Below, in pieces: positions 9,251 to 18,562 of a stretch of DNA of 64,000 bases (positions are counted from its first letter, which is position 1; every line of letters begins with the position of its first letter). A program made the position numbers and the translations under genes. Source of the stretch: an uncultured Candidatus Saccharibacteria bacterium (GTDB taxonomy: Bacteria > Patescibacteriota > Minisyncoccia > Minisyncoccales > GWA2-46-15); assembly GCA_964437545.1 (NCBI GenBank), contig CAYTHH010000001.1, positions 14,381 through 78,380 on the forward strand, written 5' to 3'. The notes under the pieces were generated by a model. That model was not told the origin of the DNA. It saw nothing but the letters and a program-made list of their open reading frames with translations, and did no database searches.

Positions 9251-10018
9251 TTACTCTTTCCCCCTCTTTTTTTTGTGGCCGAGAATTTTTTCGACGACAA
9301 TGATCAACCTAATACCTCTTCTTGTGTCCAGATTTTGACAGATTTTTAGAAGCGGCCTGAAATCCTTGTTGAAGATAAAAACGATGTCTTTTTCTTCAAC
9401 TTGGGTTCGGAAGATTGGTTCAAAACCCATATATAAGCCAAGCTTGTAAATGGGTGAAGCAGGTGTTGTCCAGAAAAGGCAAGAAATAACTTGTCTCTCG
9501 AGCCATGCCCACTCCAGCCATGGCTGCAACAGCCCCCTTATAGGTTCGATGCCGTTTCGGAACCCGGCGACAATAGCAAACTCGTCTGCGTAAACGAATC
9601 TATTGACGTTTCGTCGCAAGAGCTGATTTGTGAGTTGATTAAAGTCAGTTGGCGACTTTCCTAATGATTTTGAGATTCTATTTTCAAGTTGATATGGATT
9701 CAGAATCTCACCCCAAGCAAAACCGACCACCGGCATTTTCTCGTTTCCTGCCATAGTGACTAGAAAGGAGGTTTTACGCCCTACTTCCATTTCTAGTTTT
9801 TGCTGGACAGTTTCTTGGCTCCAGTCTTCGACCCAGTAAGAAGCTTCTTTAAAGACCTTTTGATAGGCCTTTATCAAAGCTTGAAGGATTGCCCCGACAG
9901 GTGGTTGATGAGCTAGTATAAATCTTTCTGGAACCTTGATTGGCGCCATATTAGGTTTGTAAATTTTCATCAGCCTGGTCGCCAACTCCAAAATCCAACG
10001 AACAATCTTGTACTTCAT
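9251..10018 (-). CDS. hypothetical protein (possibly acyltransferase-fold); candidate accessory partner of the HdcA-like gene
   Basis: 255 aa. No motif confidently recognised. An acyl-CoA N-acyltransferase-like strand-helix pattern is only a guess. Confidence 0.3.
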   Translation of the reverse strand: MKYKIVRWILELATRLMKIYKPNMAPIKVPERFILAHQPPVGAILQALIKAYQKVFKEASYWVEDWSQETVQQKLEMEVGRKTSFLVTMAGNEKMPVVGFAWGEILNPYQLENRISKSLGKSPTDFNQLTNQLLRRNVNRFVYADEFAIVAGFRNGIEPIRGLLQPWLEWAWLERQVISCLFWTTPASPIYKLGLYMGFEPIFRTQVEEKDIVFIFNKDFRPLLKICQNLDTRRGIRLIIVVEKILGHKKKRGKE

Positions 10019-10144
10019 CTTAACCTCCTTTATAAAATAGTTTTGAATTTACTGGTTTTATTATAACACAAATATAAAAAAAGAAAAGATCCGATTTAAT
10101 TTAAACCAGGAAATTTTAAATCTTAAGCAAGAGAAAGACCAATG

Positions 10145-10195
10145 CTGGCCAGAGCCGAAACCCCGATCCCGCCAATGCCGATAAAATGTATTTTC
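10145..10195 (-). pseudogene. murC 5' remnant (MKIHFIGIGGIGVSALA...) created by the duplication
   Basis: Reverse translation gives the exact murC N-terminus, followed by unrelated sequence and an early stop. Confidence 0.7.
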
Positions 10196-10232
10196 ATCTT
10201 ATGGGAAGTTCAATGAAAAAGGTTGAACCCTT
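10145..10232. repeat. 88-bp perfect direct repeat, second copy (first copy 6708-6795)
   Basis: Identical 88-mer ctggccagagccgaaaccccgatcccgccaatgccgataaaatgtattttcatcttatgggaagttcaatgaaaaaggttgaaccctt. It spans the HK 3' end, the intergenic region and the first 17 codons of murC. Confidence 0.9.
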
Positions 10233-11798
10233 ATCAATGCCGTCTGATTCTGCCCAAATTCTACCCGAATGCATTTCAACAAAGTGTTTAGCAATATATA
10301 ACCCAAGACCAGCTCCTTCGGGATGAGATTGAGATCCGATCACTCCCCGAGAAAAACTTCCAAATAGCTTAGCTAAATCTTTTTTACTCATTCCACCTCC
10401 AGTATCTTTTATTGTAATTTGAAATTTGGAATCTATAGTTTTAATATTAACCATTATCCCTCCTTTTTGTGTGTATTTTATGGCATTATCCACTAAGTTT
10501 AAAATAACCTGTCGTATTTTATTTTTATCTAACGTGGTTTTAGGAAGAGACTCAGTTGGTTTTTCAAGTTTTAAATAAAGTTTTTTCTTTTCTGCTGTAA
10601 TCTTTAAATCATTAATCACTCTCATGACTATTTCTTCTATTAAACATTCCTCTAGCTCAAGCTCTACTTTTCCTGATTCAATCCGAGAAATGCTTAAAAG
10701 ATCATTCACTAATTTAATTAATTTTTCATTGGAATTATATACATTTTCCAATGGCGTTTTAACTTTATCGACTAATTTTCCATAATAACCTTCAAGGATC
10801 ATTGAAATGTATCCCTTGATCGCAGTCAACGGTGTTCTGATTTGGTGAGAAGCGATGGAAATGAATTCCGATTTTGCACTGCTTAATTTTTCAACCTCTT
10901 TATAAGCGATTTGAAGTTTTTCGTTTAATATTGCTAATGTTTTGCGTTGTTCTATTTCGCTAAGAACACTTTTAATGAGTAGATAACCGAAAATGCAAAA
11001 GAGAGCTAAAATAATACCATATGATATTCTCCATAATAAAGTTTGAGCAGTAAGTATTTGAGAGAATAAAATTACTAAAATTATTCCTATTAATGTTTCT
11101 GTCAAAATAATTTTAATTCCAAATAACTGTTTAGCTATTATCGCATAAGCAGTGTAGCCTAAGAAAAAAATAATGGAAAAATTTCCAAATTGATAAAACT
11201 CATAACTGCCCCGGATGGCAGGAAAAACTACGTTAAAAACAATATTCATTATGAAGAATATTGAAAAGCCAAAGAAAAAATATTGTGTCTGAATTTTTTC
11301 TTTTGACGATAGCTTTAGAAATCTTATGAAGAGAATTATTAAAGATAATAACCAGATTATTCCCAGCATGGCAAAAGTCGGGAAAAAATTACCCAAAATA
11401 AGGTTTGTTCCCCAATCTTTCGATTCTATATCTTTAATAACCAAGGGCGTGAAAAGCGAGACAAGGGCGATGGTAACCGAAATAAAAAATATTATTTTTT
11501 CAAGAACAAGATATCTTTTTTGTTCTTTTGGGAATAAAAACGAAAAAAGAAATGTTGTGAAAAAGAATAAGGATAAAATAAAATATACAAGCCTATTCCA
11601 GATTAAAGAATTTGGTAACTGAGATGGAATGTCTGAAATAAATGCAAAAGTAATCCAAAGTAATGCTAAAAAGGTCATTACACAGAAAAGTTGATTTAAT
11701 TGGCTTTTTTTATTCGAAAAATAAACCAACAGGATTAATAAAATCCCTATGAAATCAATTAAAATTATGAGTATTGTTGAGATAAAAAGAATATCCAT
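10194..11798 (-). CDS. sensor histidine kinase, paralog of 6757..8337
   Basis: Same architecture. H-box ASHQIRTPLTAIKGY. C-terminus identical to the first kinase (KGSTFFIELPIR). Confidence 0.85.
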   Translation of the reverse strand: MDILFISTILIILIDFIGILLILLVYFSNKKSQLNQLFCVMTFLALLWITFAFISDIPSQLPNSLIWNRLVYFILSLFFFTTFLFSFLFPKEQKRYLVLEKIIFFISVTIALVSLFTPLVIKDIESKDWGTNLILGNFFPTFAMLGIIWLLSLIILFIRFLKLSSKEKIQTQYFFFGFSIFFIMNIVFNVVFPAIRGSYEFYQFGNFSIIFFLGYTAYAIIAKQLFGIKIILTETLIGIILVILFSQILTAQTLLWRISYGIILALFCIFGYLLIKSVLSEIEQRKTLAILNEKLQIAYKEVEKLSSAKSEFISIASHQIRTPLTAIKGYISMILEGYYGKLVDKVKTPLENVYNSNEKLIKLVNDLLSISRIESGKVELELEECLIEEIVMRVINDLKITAEKKKLYLKLEKPTESLPKTTLDKNKIRQVILNLVDNAIKYTQKGGIMVNIKTIDSKFQITIKDTGGGMSKKDLAKLFGSFSRGVIGSQSHPEGAGLGLYIAKHFVEMHSGRIWAESDGIDKGSTFFIELPIR

Positions 11799-11806
11799 TA
11801 AATATC

Positions 11807-13336
11807 TTATATAATGAATTTCATCTTACCACTTTTTGATAACTTAAACTCATTCTGCCCAAATTTTCGAATTTCAATCCTTGGGATACAAAGTTCAGAA
11901 TTATCTTCATAAGACCGTTTAAAATCATGGTTCCGTGTTAAAAGCGTATTCAAAATTAGGTGCTTATAATCTTCTTTTAACTTAATTTCTTCTTCTTGGG
12001 TTATGTTTTTATCTTTTTTTAACTCTAAGTAGATATAAAATCGCCAATCGCCATTCTCATCAGTTTTTTTAGATAACTTAAAGTTAGTAAAATTTGAGCT
12101 TTTATCAATTATATCTTGGATTGTCATGGGAAAAACATTTGCTCCGTCTAAAGAAATACAGCTTTCTCTCCCTTCTACAAATAAGAATGGCTGCGCATAT
12201 GGTTTAAAATAGGGAGCTTTTTCTTTAAGCTCACCCAGAAGGTCTATGCCCTCTTCCTTAAAAATTTCTAAAACCTTTTTGAATGAGATCATGCCGCCAA
12301 TATCTCGAATATTGTATCTTATTAACGGTATTGATCCTCTGAAAGTAATAATTAAATTCTCATCTTCTTCTTCGACAAAATAAGCAGAAGTATTCAACTG
12401 TGTTAAGCTTACAACATTTCTTTTTTTCCCCAAAATTTTTGCTTGAATGTTTTTATTACTGACAATAAAATCTTGTATTAAAGCTGTCAGGCAATTACCA
12501 TAACTTATTCCTCCTGCATCCGCTGTTCCGTAAACATCAACAATATTATTCAATTCTTTTGGTTCTTTGGCAAATTTATTTATTAGATTTTGTCGAAAAT
12601 CATAGGACATTCCCTCGCCGCCATAGTAAAATTTAATATTATGTTTTTTCCAATCTATCCCATCTTTTTCTCCAGTATCTAAAAATAATTTGAAAAAATA
12701 AGGATATCCGCCAAAAATTATTTGATCATACTTATTAATGAACTTTTTGATAATTGCTAATGTTCCTTCCAAATCAGACCCGGGAGTTGCTATAGTTAAT
12801 AAGCCTTTATTGCGTAATGCAATATCTTTCCAGAACCAAGTATTTAGTTCTCCTGCTATATAGTTGCCCAAAGAGAAACAAACAATGATAAGAGTGGATT
12901 TTTTTTGGGTTTGCCAAATGTTTCTTGCCATCATTTCAAAATAAAGAGAAATCATTTTGTCTTGAAATGAGTTCCTTGGCCAAAATACCGGTTCTCCAGT
13001 TGTGCCAGAAGTAGTTGCTAGCGTAAAGAGATCTGAATATGGTTCAAGAAGCCGTTCATCCAAATCATAATGAAAGATATAATTTTCTTTAGTTGTAACT
13101 GGCACATACTTTTTAAAATCTTCAATCGTTTGTATTTTTTCATGATTTTCAACCCCATTTTTCTTTAAAAAATCCTTATAAGCCGAAACTTTTTCTGCTA
13201 CTTCGTGAAAAGTGTTTAATGCCTTTTTTTCTCCTTGTTTTTCCCACCACTCTGCTGGTCTCGATGCAAAAAACTTATTCGCCCTATCAGGGTTAGATGT
13301 TATAAATTTTCGCATTATATTTCCTATTTTTGACAT
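11807..13336 (-). CDS. adenylate-forming enzyme of the PaaK / coenzyme F390 synthetase / CapK family
   Basis: LATTSGTTGEPVFWPR AMP-binding motif, 509 aa. Confidence 0.6.
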   Translation of the reverse strand: MSKIGNIMRKFITSNPDRANKFFASRPAEWWEKQGEKKALNTFHEVAEKVSAYKDFLKKNGVENHEKIQTIEDFKKYVPVTTKENYIFHYDLDERLLEPYSDLFTLATTSGTTGEPVFWPRNSFQDKMISLYFEMMARNIWQTQKKSTLIIVCFSLGNYIAGELNTWFWKDIALRNKGLLTIATPGSDLEGTLAIIKKFINKYDQIIFGGYPYFFKLFLDTGEKDGIDWKKHNIKFYYGGEGMSYDFRQNLINKFAKEPKELNNIVDVYGTADAGGISYGNCLTALIQDFIVSNKNIQAKILGKKRNVVSLTQLNTSAYFVEEEDENLIITFRGSIPLIRYNIRDIGGMISFKKVLEIFKEEGIDLLGELKEKAPYFKPYAQPFLFVEGRESCISLDGANVFPMTIQDIIDKSSNFTNFKLSKKTDENGDWRFYIYLELKKDKNITQEEEIKLKEDYKHLILNTLLTRNHDFKRSYEDNSELCIPRIEIRKFGQNEFKLSKSGKMKFII

Positions 13337-13365
13337 AGTTTTATTTTTCTATTAATAAAAAACTC

Positions 13366-13395
13366 CATTTTTAATGGAGTTCTGCAAATTTTAAG
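13366..13395 (-). terminator. intrinsic terminator
   Basis: Minus-strand RNA aacuccauu-aaaa-auggaguu followed by UUUUUUA. Confidence 0.5.
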
Positions 13396-13530
13396 ACATC
13401 AATTTTTACTTGAAGAAAAAATATTAGTATTTTTCTCATATGATATAGAGGATTCATATATTATTTTATCTTAAAATATTAGAAGTTGTCAACAAATCGC
13501 ATGGATCTATAATATATTGTAAAAAAACAG

Positions 13531-13560
13531 GGTAGCACCTAAGTGCTACCCCTTTCGACT
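13531..13560 (-). terminator. intrinsic terminator overlapping the stop codon of the ThiF-like gene
   Basis: Minus-strand RNA gggguagcac-uuag-gugcuaccc followed by UGUUUUUUU. Confidence 0.55.
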
Positions 13561-14315
13561 GGATCAAACTGCGTGACGAGCTGTGGAGTTTCATTTTTCA
13601 CCATTTTTATAATGGCGGAAACTCCCAGCATTGCTGCTGTGAAGGCGGCAATGATTGGTTGTGGATAGTGCCTTAATTCTCCCGTTTCCATCTGCTTCAA
13701 GATGGGGTAGAGATAAGGAGGGATATTGACACTTTCCATGATGTGATTCAGTGGTTCCATTGCAGGAATCTTTTCGAATTCCTTTAGGGTCATAGTGACT
13801 GGAATTCCCAAAAGGTTTTCAAAGACATTTTCTTTCTTAGGATCAAAAGAGAAAATGGCAGCCCCCCATCCTATATCAATAGGATAAAGGAACCACTTTC
13901 TTTGCTCTCGGCAAACCCTTGCCAGAGCAAGTGAAACTACGATTCCGGGCATTGGATCGATACAATCGATTACCACATTAACTAGAGAAGCGAAATCAAG
14001 GGCATTATTCTGGGTTACAAAATCTGCCCATGTCTCGATTACTGCTTCTGGATTGATGTTCAAAATGTGGTTTGACAAAGCAACAGCTTTGTTTTCACCG
14101 ACATCCTTAACACCATATGCCTGATGGTTGAGGTTTGCTACTTCAACTAAATCAGGATCAGCGAACAGGAATCGTTCAACTCCGACGCGGCATAATACTT
14201 CGGCGATGAAAGATCCCATTCCACAGCCGGCGATTCCGACACGGATTCGCCGTAGGTTTTCCTGCTCTTCTTTCGAGAGAAGCGGGAAATTCCTGGATAC
14301 CAATTCTTCGTACAT
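13539..14315 (-). CDS. ThiF/MoeB/HesA family E1-like adenylyltransferase
   Basis: Rossmann motif VGIAGCGMGSFIAEVL...FLFADPDLVEVANLNHQ, 258 aa. Confidence 0.7.
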   Translation of the reverse strand: MYEELVSRNFPLLSKEEQENLRRIRVGIAGCGMGSFIAEVLCRVGVERFLFADPDLVEVANLNHQAYGVKDVGENKAVALSNHILNINPEAVIETWADFVTQNNALDFASLVNVVIDCIDPMPGIVVSLALARVCREQRKWFLYPIDIGWGAAIFSFDPKKENVFENLLGIPVTMTLKEFEKIPAMEPLNHIMESVNIPPYLYPILKQMETGELRHYPQPIIAAFTAAMLGVSAIIKMVKNETPQLVTQFDPVERGST

Positions 14316-14568
14316 TTTGACTCCTTCCTTTTTAGATTGACAAGATACTATTTTAGTATTTCTATTATAATATTAAATTCTATAAATGTCAAATGGAGAT
14401 ATAAGACTACATGGCTTAATTACAGGGTTTGTTAAAACTAAAAAAAAGAAAACCCAATGTATTCTCATAATATCAAGTTTTTCTTTTCACAAGGGTTAAA
14501 ACCAAAATACTAACAGGTATCGTAATTTATAGACTGTCTATAATAACCTTTAAAATACGAAAAGAGGT

Positions 14569-15141
14569 TTAAGTGAACGAAAGACCGACGCTTGCCAAAA
14601 CAGTATATTCAGGACCTTCTTTCTTTAACTCGCTAGCCATTACCTCAATTGATGAGACTGGGATTTTTAAATCAATATTTTTATCTACTAATGGCACTTC
14701 TTCTATTTCCATTTGCCTGAGCTGCCATTCTTTTATCCTGGCCAAAGTGACATGGGGAGAAAAAGGATGATTTTCTTCATTCATCTCTGCCGGCACTTTT
14801 TCGTACAAAGAGTTTTCCAGATCATTTTTTAAGGATGTTAACTCTTTTGAGGGCAAGCCATTGGCCCAAACCATTCTTGGCGGTATTTTCTTTGGCGGCC
14901 CAAAAGAAATATTATTCAGTTCTAAAGTAAACGGAGAATGTTTTTGGCCGATTTCTTCAACTGCCCGACAAGTGGTTAAAACCTCTTCATCATTCAAATT
15001 TCCCAAGAAAAAAAGCGTCAGATGAAGATTGTCCCTTCTAGTCCATTTGCAAGGCAGATCCAAGTATTCATCTTTTGTCCGGTATAGCTTTTCTCTGATG
15101 TTTTTAGGAAAGTTTATGGCAATAAAAATTCTATTTCTCAC
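14569..15141 (-). CDS. thpR: RNA 2',3'-cyclic phosphodiesterase (2H phosphoesterase, LigT/ThpR family)
   Basis: Two H-x-T-x motifs (HLTLFFLG and HVTLARI), 190 aa. Confidence 0.75.
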   Translation of the reverse strand: MRNRIFIAINFPKNIREKLYRTKDEYLDLPCKWTRRDNLHLTLFFLGNLNDEEVLTTCRAVEEIGQKHSPFTLELNNISFGPPKKIPPRMVWANGLPSKELTSLKNDLENSLYEKVPAEMNEENHPFSPHVTLARIKEWQLRQMEIEEVPLVDKNIDLKIPVSSIEVMASELKKEGPEYTVLASVGLSFT

Positions 15142-15203
15142 GTTACCTATTAGATTAATTATAGGGTTATGTTGTATATTGAATTAATTGCAGGATCATA
15201 TGA

Positions 15204-15491
15204 TTGAATTGTAGCAGAAATCAGAATATAATTAAACAAATGGATAAAAAATCAGAGACAAGGCCATTCACCAAATCCCCAGAAAGGAAAATAAGTATTA
15301 GAAAGTCAGAACCGGAATTAAAAAGATTCAAGCTTTCTTTTAAAGAGATTGTAATTAGTATTGGTGTTGTTTTGGGCGGCATTTTAGGAATATTGATGGT
15401 AATAGCTCTTTTAATCAGTATTGTTGTTGTAATTGTTTCTAATATAAAAGCTATTATTTATATGTTGAACTCATATATGAACGATGTTTAA
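15204..15491 (+). CDS. hypothetical small protein with C-terminal TM helix
   Basis: 95 aa with a hydrophobic C-terminal stretch. Confidence 0.35.
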   Translation: MNCSRNQNIIKQMDKKSETRPFTKSPERKISIRKSEPELKRFKLSFKEIVISIGVVLGGILGILMVIALLISIVVVIVSNIKAIIYMLNSYMNDV

Positions 15492-15571
15492 AAAATCAGA
15501 AAAATAGCTTTAAGAATTTCCCAAAGCAAGGCGACTACTCATGACGTATTGCTGATTCTTAATAAACGAAT

Positions 15572-15722
15572 GCTTCGCGGAAACGTAAAATGAAGATTCT
15601 TTCAGAATCTACAGACATATTTACGAGCAATGTATAAGCAAAGCTTAGCCTTTCCGCTTCGCGGAAACGTAAAATGAAGATTCTTTCAGAATCTACAGAT
15701 ATATTTCATAATTAATGTATAA
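15572..15722 (+). repeat. tandem repeat of about 85 bp (1.8 copies); a third partial copy lies at 16167-16206
   Basis: The unit gcaaagcttagcctttccgcttcgcggaaacgtaaaatgaagattctttcagaatctacagayatattt...aatgtataa contains two small hairpins (ttccgc-ttc-gcggaa and gattc-tttca-gaatc). Confidence 0.8.
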
Positions 15723-16166
15723 ATGAAAAAAATATCTAAAAAGAAGAAAAAAGAAGAAACAGATATCCAAAAAATCGTTAACTACTACTTTTGCAGCAAG
15801 GGATTGTCTTTAGATCAGATCAAAAAAGACGCTAAAAAGAAAAAAATCATTTATTCAAGGTTTACCAGGCCAGCTAAACAACTTTTGGTTTTGGCAGGAT
15901 CGTCTAAAAAAGCTACGGCGGCTATTGATAAAGTGGCTAAATGGGCTAATTCAAGAAAACTGGATTATGCTATTGAAACTGTTTTTAAGAAGTGGTTGGA
16001 ATTAGACAGATTAAAACCCAAAGAAATAGTTAAAAAGCCTTATTTTCAGGGAGATCCTTTGATCTGGTCAGAGTCTAAGAAAAAATGGTATGTAGTTACT
16101 AAATATGGCGACTGGCTGGAATTTGTCGGCAAAGAAGAAGAAGTTGAGTGGCGAATTTCAAAGTAA
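15723..16166 (+). CDS. hypothetical lysine-rich protein
   Basis: 147 aa, bracketed exactly by repeat copies. Confidence 0.45.
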   Translation: MKKISKKKKKEETDIQKIVNYYFCSKGLSLDQIKKDAKKKKIIYSRFTRPAKQLLVLAGSSKKATAAIDKVAKWANSRKLDYAIETVFKKWLELDRLKPKEIVKKPYFQGDPLIWSESKKKWYVVTKYGDWLEFVGKEEEVEWRISK

Positions 16167-16201
16167 GCAAAGCTTAGCCTTTCCCTTCGCGGAAACGTAA
16201 A

Positions 16202-17125
16202 ATGAAAATAGTTTTTTTCGGTACTCCAAAATTTTCAACTATAATTCTTGAAGCATTAATTGTTAGCGGTTATGCTCCGGTTTTAGTAGTGACGGCCGGT
16301 AACAAGCCAGTGGGCAGAAATAAAGTCATTACTCCCCCACCCGTAAAGGTTTTGGCCCTAGAGCATCAGATAAGAATATTGCAACCCCAAGATCTTGAAA
16401 GCATTGAACCAGATCTTAAAGCTCTTAATCCCGATCTGGTTATTGTCGCTGCCTACGGCCCGCCTTTTCTAACTCAGAATATCCTTCAATACAATTGTTT
16501 AAATGTTCATCCCTCTTTGCTGCCAAAATACCGAGGAGCATCGCCAATTCCAGGCGCTATTCTTAGCGGTGAAGGACAGACAGGAGTAACGATTATTAAA
16601 ATGACGGACAAAATAGATCATGGCGATATTGTTGCTCAAGAAAAACTGGCTATTGAATCTCAAGATACTGCCATATCTCTAACAGAAAAACTAGCTCAGC
16701 TTGCAGCCCAACTTTTAGTTAAAACTATTCCCTTATGGATTAAGGAAGAAATTGTGTCCCGATCCCAGGGTCAATCGCCAACGCCCTACTGCCCTCAATT
16801 GAAAAAACAAGATGGCCGAATAAATTGGCAAAACAACTCAGAATATATTGAAAGGCAAATTCGCGCTTATCATCCTTGGCCAGGCACTTTTACTCTTTTT
16901 AAGGGTCAGATCTTGAAAATTTTAAAGGGTTATGTTACAGAAAAAGAAGAAACCAAACTGAATCCAGGTTTTGTTTTTTTAACCAAGGCCGAGAAAAAGC
17001 TGGCTGTTCAAACTAAAAAGGGCGTTTTAGTGATTGAGATGCTACAGCTTGAAGGCGGTAAACCGCTTTCAGCTGAAGATTTTTTTAGAGGTCATCGGGA
17101 AATCATCGGCGCAATTCTTCAATAA
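16202..17125 (+). CDS. fmt: methionyl-tRNA formyltransferase
   Basis: MKIVFFGTPKFS N-terminus, formyltransferase core, C-terminal domain, 307 aa. Confidence 0.9.
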   Translation: MKIVFFGTPKFSTIILEALIVSGYAPVLVVTAGNKPVGRNKVITPPPVKVLALEHQIRILQPQDLESIEPDLKALNPDLVIVAAYGPPFLTQNILQYNCLNVHPSLLPKYRGASPIPGAILSGEGQTGVTIIKMTDKIDHGDIVAQEKLAIESQDTAISLTEKLAQLAAQLLVKTIPLWIKEEIVSRSQGQSPTPYCPQLKKQDGRINWQNNSEYIERQIRAYHPWPGTFTLFKGQILKILKGYVTEKEETKLNPGFVFLTKAEKKLAVQTKKGVLVIEMLQLEGGKPLSAEDFFRGHREIIGAILQ

Positions 17126-17163
17126 TTTTTATACTAAATACAAGATACTATATACTATAATTT

Positions 17164-17727
17164 ATGTTGGGTTATTTTGATTTAAGAAGAGGCGTTAGAT
17201 TTATTTACGACGGTCAGCCCTGGGAGGTTTTAGATTTTAACCACATGAAGAAAGCTCAGCGAGAAGGCATCGCCCAAATTAAAATGAAGAATTTGATTAC
17301 CGGCAAAGTTATAGAACAAAGTTTTCATTCCAGCGATAACTTTGAAGATGCTGATATTAAAAAACTGCCTTCTAAATTTCTTTACAACCACAAGGATAAA
17401 TTTTTCTTTTGCGAGGCAGATGATGCTTCAAAAAGATTTGATTTAACTCAAAAGCAAATTGGTTCCGGATTCCAATTTCTAAAAGCTGGAGAAATAATCG
17501 ATGCTTTTCTATTTGAAGACAAGATTATTAGTGTTGGCTTGCCAATCAAAATTAAATTAAAAGTTACTGAAGCTCCTCCTGGAATCAAAGGAGATCGGGC
17601 CCAGGGTGGCATGAAAACAGTGGTTTTAGAAACAGGAGCTATTATTAACGCTCCCCTATTTATCAACGAGGGTGATATTATTGAGATCAATACTGAGACA
17701 GGAGAATATGTTAGAAGGGCTGAGTAA
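17164..17727 (+). CDS. efp: elongation factor P
   Basis: 187 aa with an EF-P KOW/OB pattern (RRGVRFIYDGQPWEV...). Confidence 0.9.
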   Translation: MLGYFDLRRGVRFIYDGQPWEVLDFNHMKKAQREGIAQIKMKNLITGKVIEQSFHSSDNFEDADIKKLPSKFLYNHKDKFFFCEADDASKRFDLTQKQIGSGFQFLKAGEIIDAFLFEDKIISVGLPIKIKLKVTEAPPGIKGDRAQGGMKTVVLETGAIINAPLFINEGDIIEINTETGEYVRRAE

Positions 17728-17740
17728 TAAATAAATCAAA

Positions 17741-17772
17741 AAACCGCTAGAATTTCAGCGGCTTTTTTATTA
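17741..17772 (+). terminator. intrinsic terminator after efp
   Basis: ccgcuagaauuucagcgg stem followed by CUUUUUUAUU. Confidence 0.6.
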
Positions 17773-17827
17773 CAAGATAAGGATTAATTCCTTCTGAAAA
17801 GTCGTTTCGCTCTAAGCGGAACGAAGC

Positions 17828-17868
17828 GTAAAATAGTCCCACGGGCTTGCCCGTGGGACTCTATTTTT
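17828..17868. terminator. bidirectional hairpin between convergent efp and the GT2 gene
   Basis: agtcccacgggc-ttgc-ccgtgggact with T/A-rich flanks on both strands. Confidence 0.5.
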
Positions 17869-18562
17869 CTCTTATATTGTCAAATTCGTAGAATAAAACC
17901 TTTTTAAACAAGATTAAGCATAGATTATTAATGAGGCCTTTTAATATATAACTTATACTAGCTAGGTTACTAAAACGTCGGCTTGAAGTAATCACAAAAT
18001 TATCTTTTAAGAAAACAGTTTTCCCAAGTTCTTTAGCTTTTATTTGTAAATAAGAGTCGACGTTAAGGTTTATATTTTGATCAAATCCACCAAAGGCAAA
18101 ATATGTTTTTTTTCTGATTGAGAAATTAAAACCACAAACTAGACCAGTAGTTAACCCGGCAAGGTATAAAAATGGTTCGACCAACAGAGTTGTTTGCCAA
18201 ATGGTTGGCCTGAATTTTCCCGGTCCCCCAACCCCGACAACTTTTTCATTCTGATAAGCTTGCCAATAATTTTCAAGCCAATTTTTAGGAACAATAGTAT
18301 CCCCATCTGTAAAAACAAAGATTTTTCCTTGAGCTTCTTTGCAACCGCGGATTAAAGCATGACCATAACCCTGTTTTGGCTCGTCAATAATCTTTATTTG
18401 CTTAAAGCCCAAAGCGATTTCCTTGGTTTTATCAGTAGAGTTATTATTAACCAGAATAATCTCATATTCTTTCTTGTCAAAATCTTGATTAACCAAAGAT
18501 TCAAGGCATTGTTTAATGTTCTTTTCCTCGTTATAGGCCGGAACAATTACAGATATTTTCAT
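17861..18562 (-). CDS. glycosyltransferase family 2
   Basis: ISVIVPAYNEE...DGD pattern, 233 aa. Confidence 0.8.
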   Translation of the reverse strand: MKISVIVPAYNEEKNIKQCLESLVNQDFDKKEYEIILVNNNSTDKTKEIALGFKQIKIIDEPKQGYGHALIRGCKEAQGKIFVFTDGDTIVPKNWLENYWQAYQNEKVVGVGGPGKFRPTIWQTTLLVEPFLYLAGLTTGLVCGFNFSIRKKTYFAFGGFDQNINLNVDSYLQIKAKELGKTVFLKDNFVITSSRRFSNLASISYILKGLINNLCLILFKKVLFYEFDNIREK

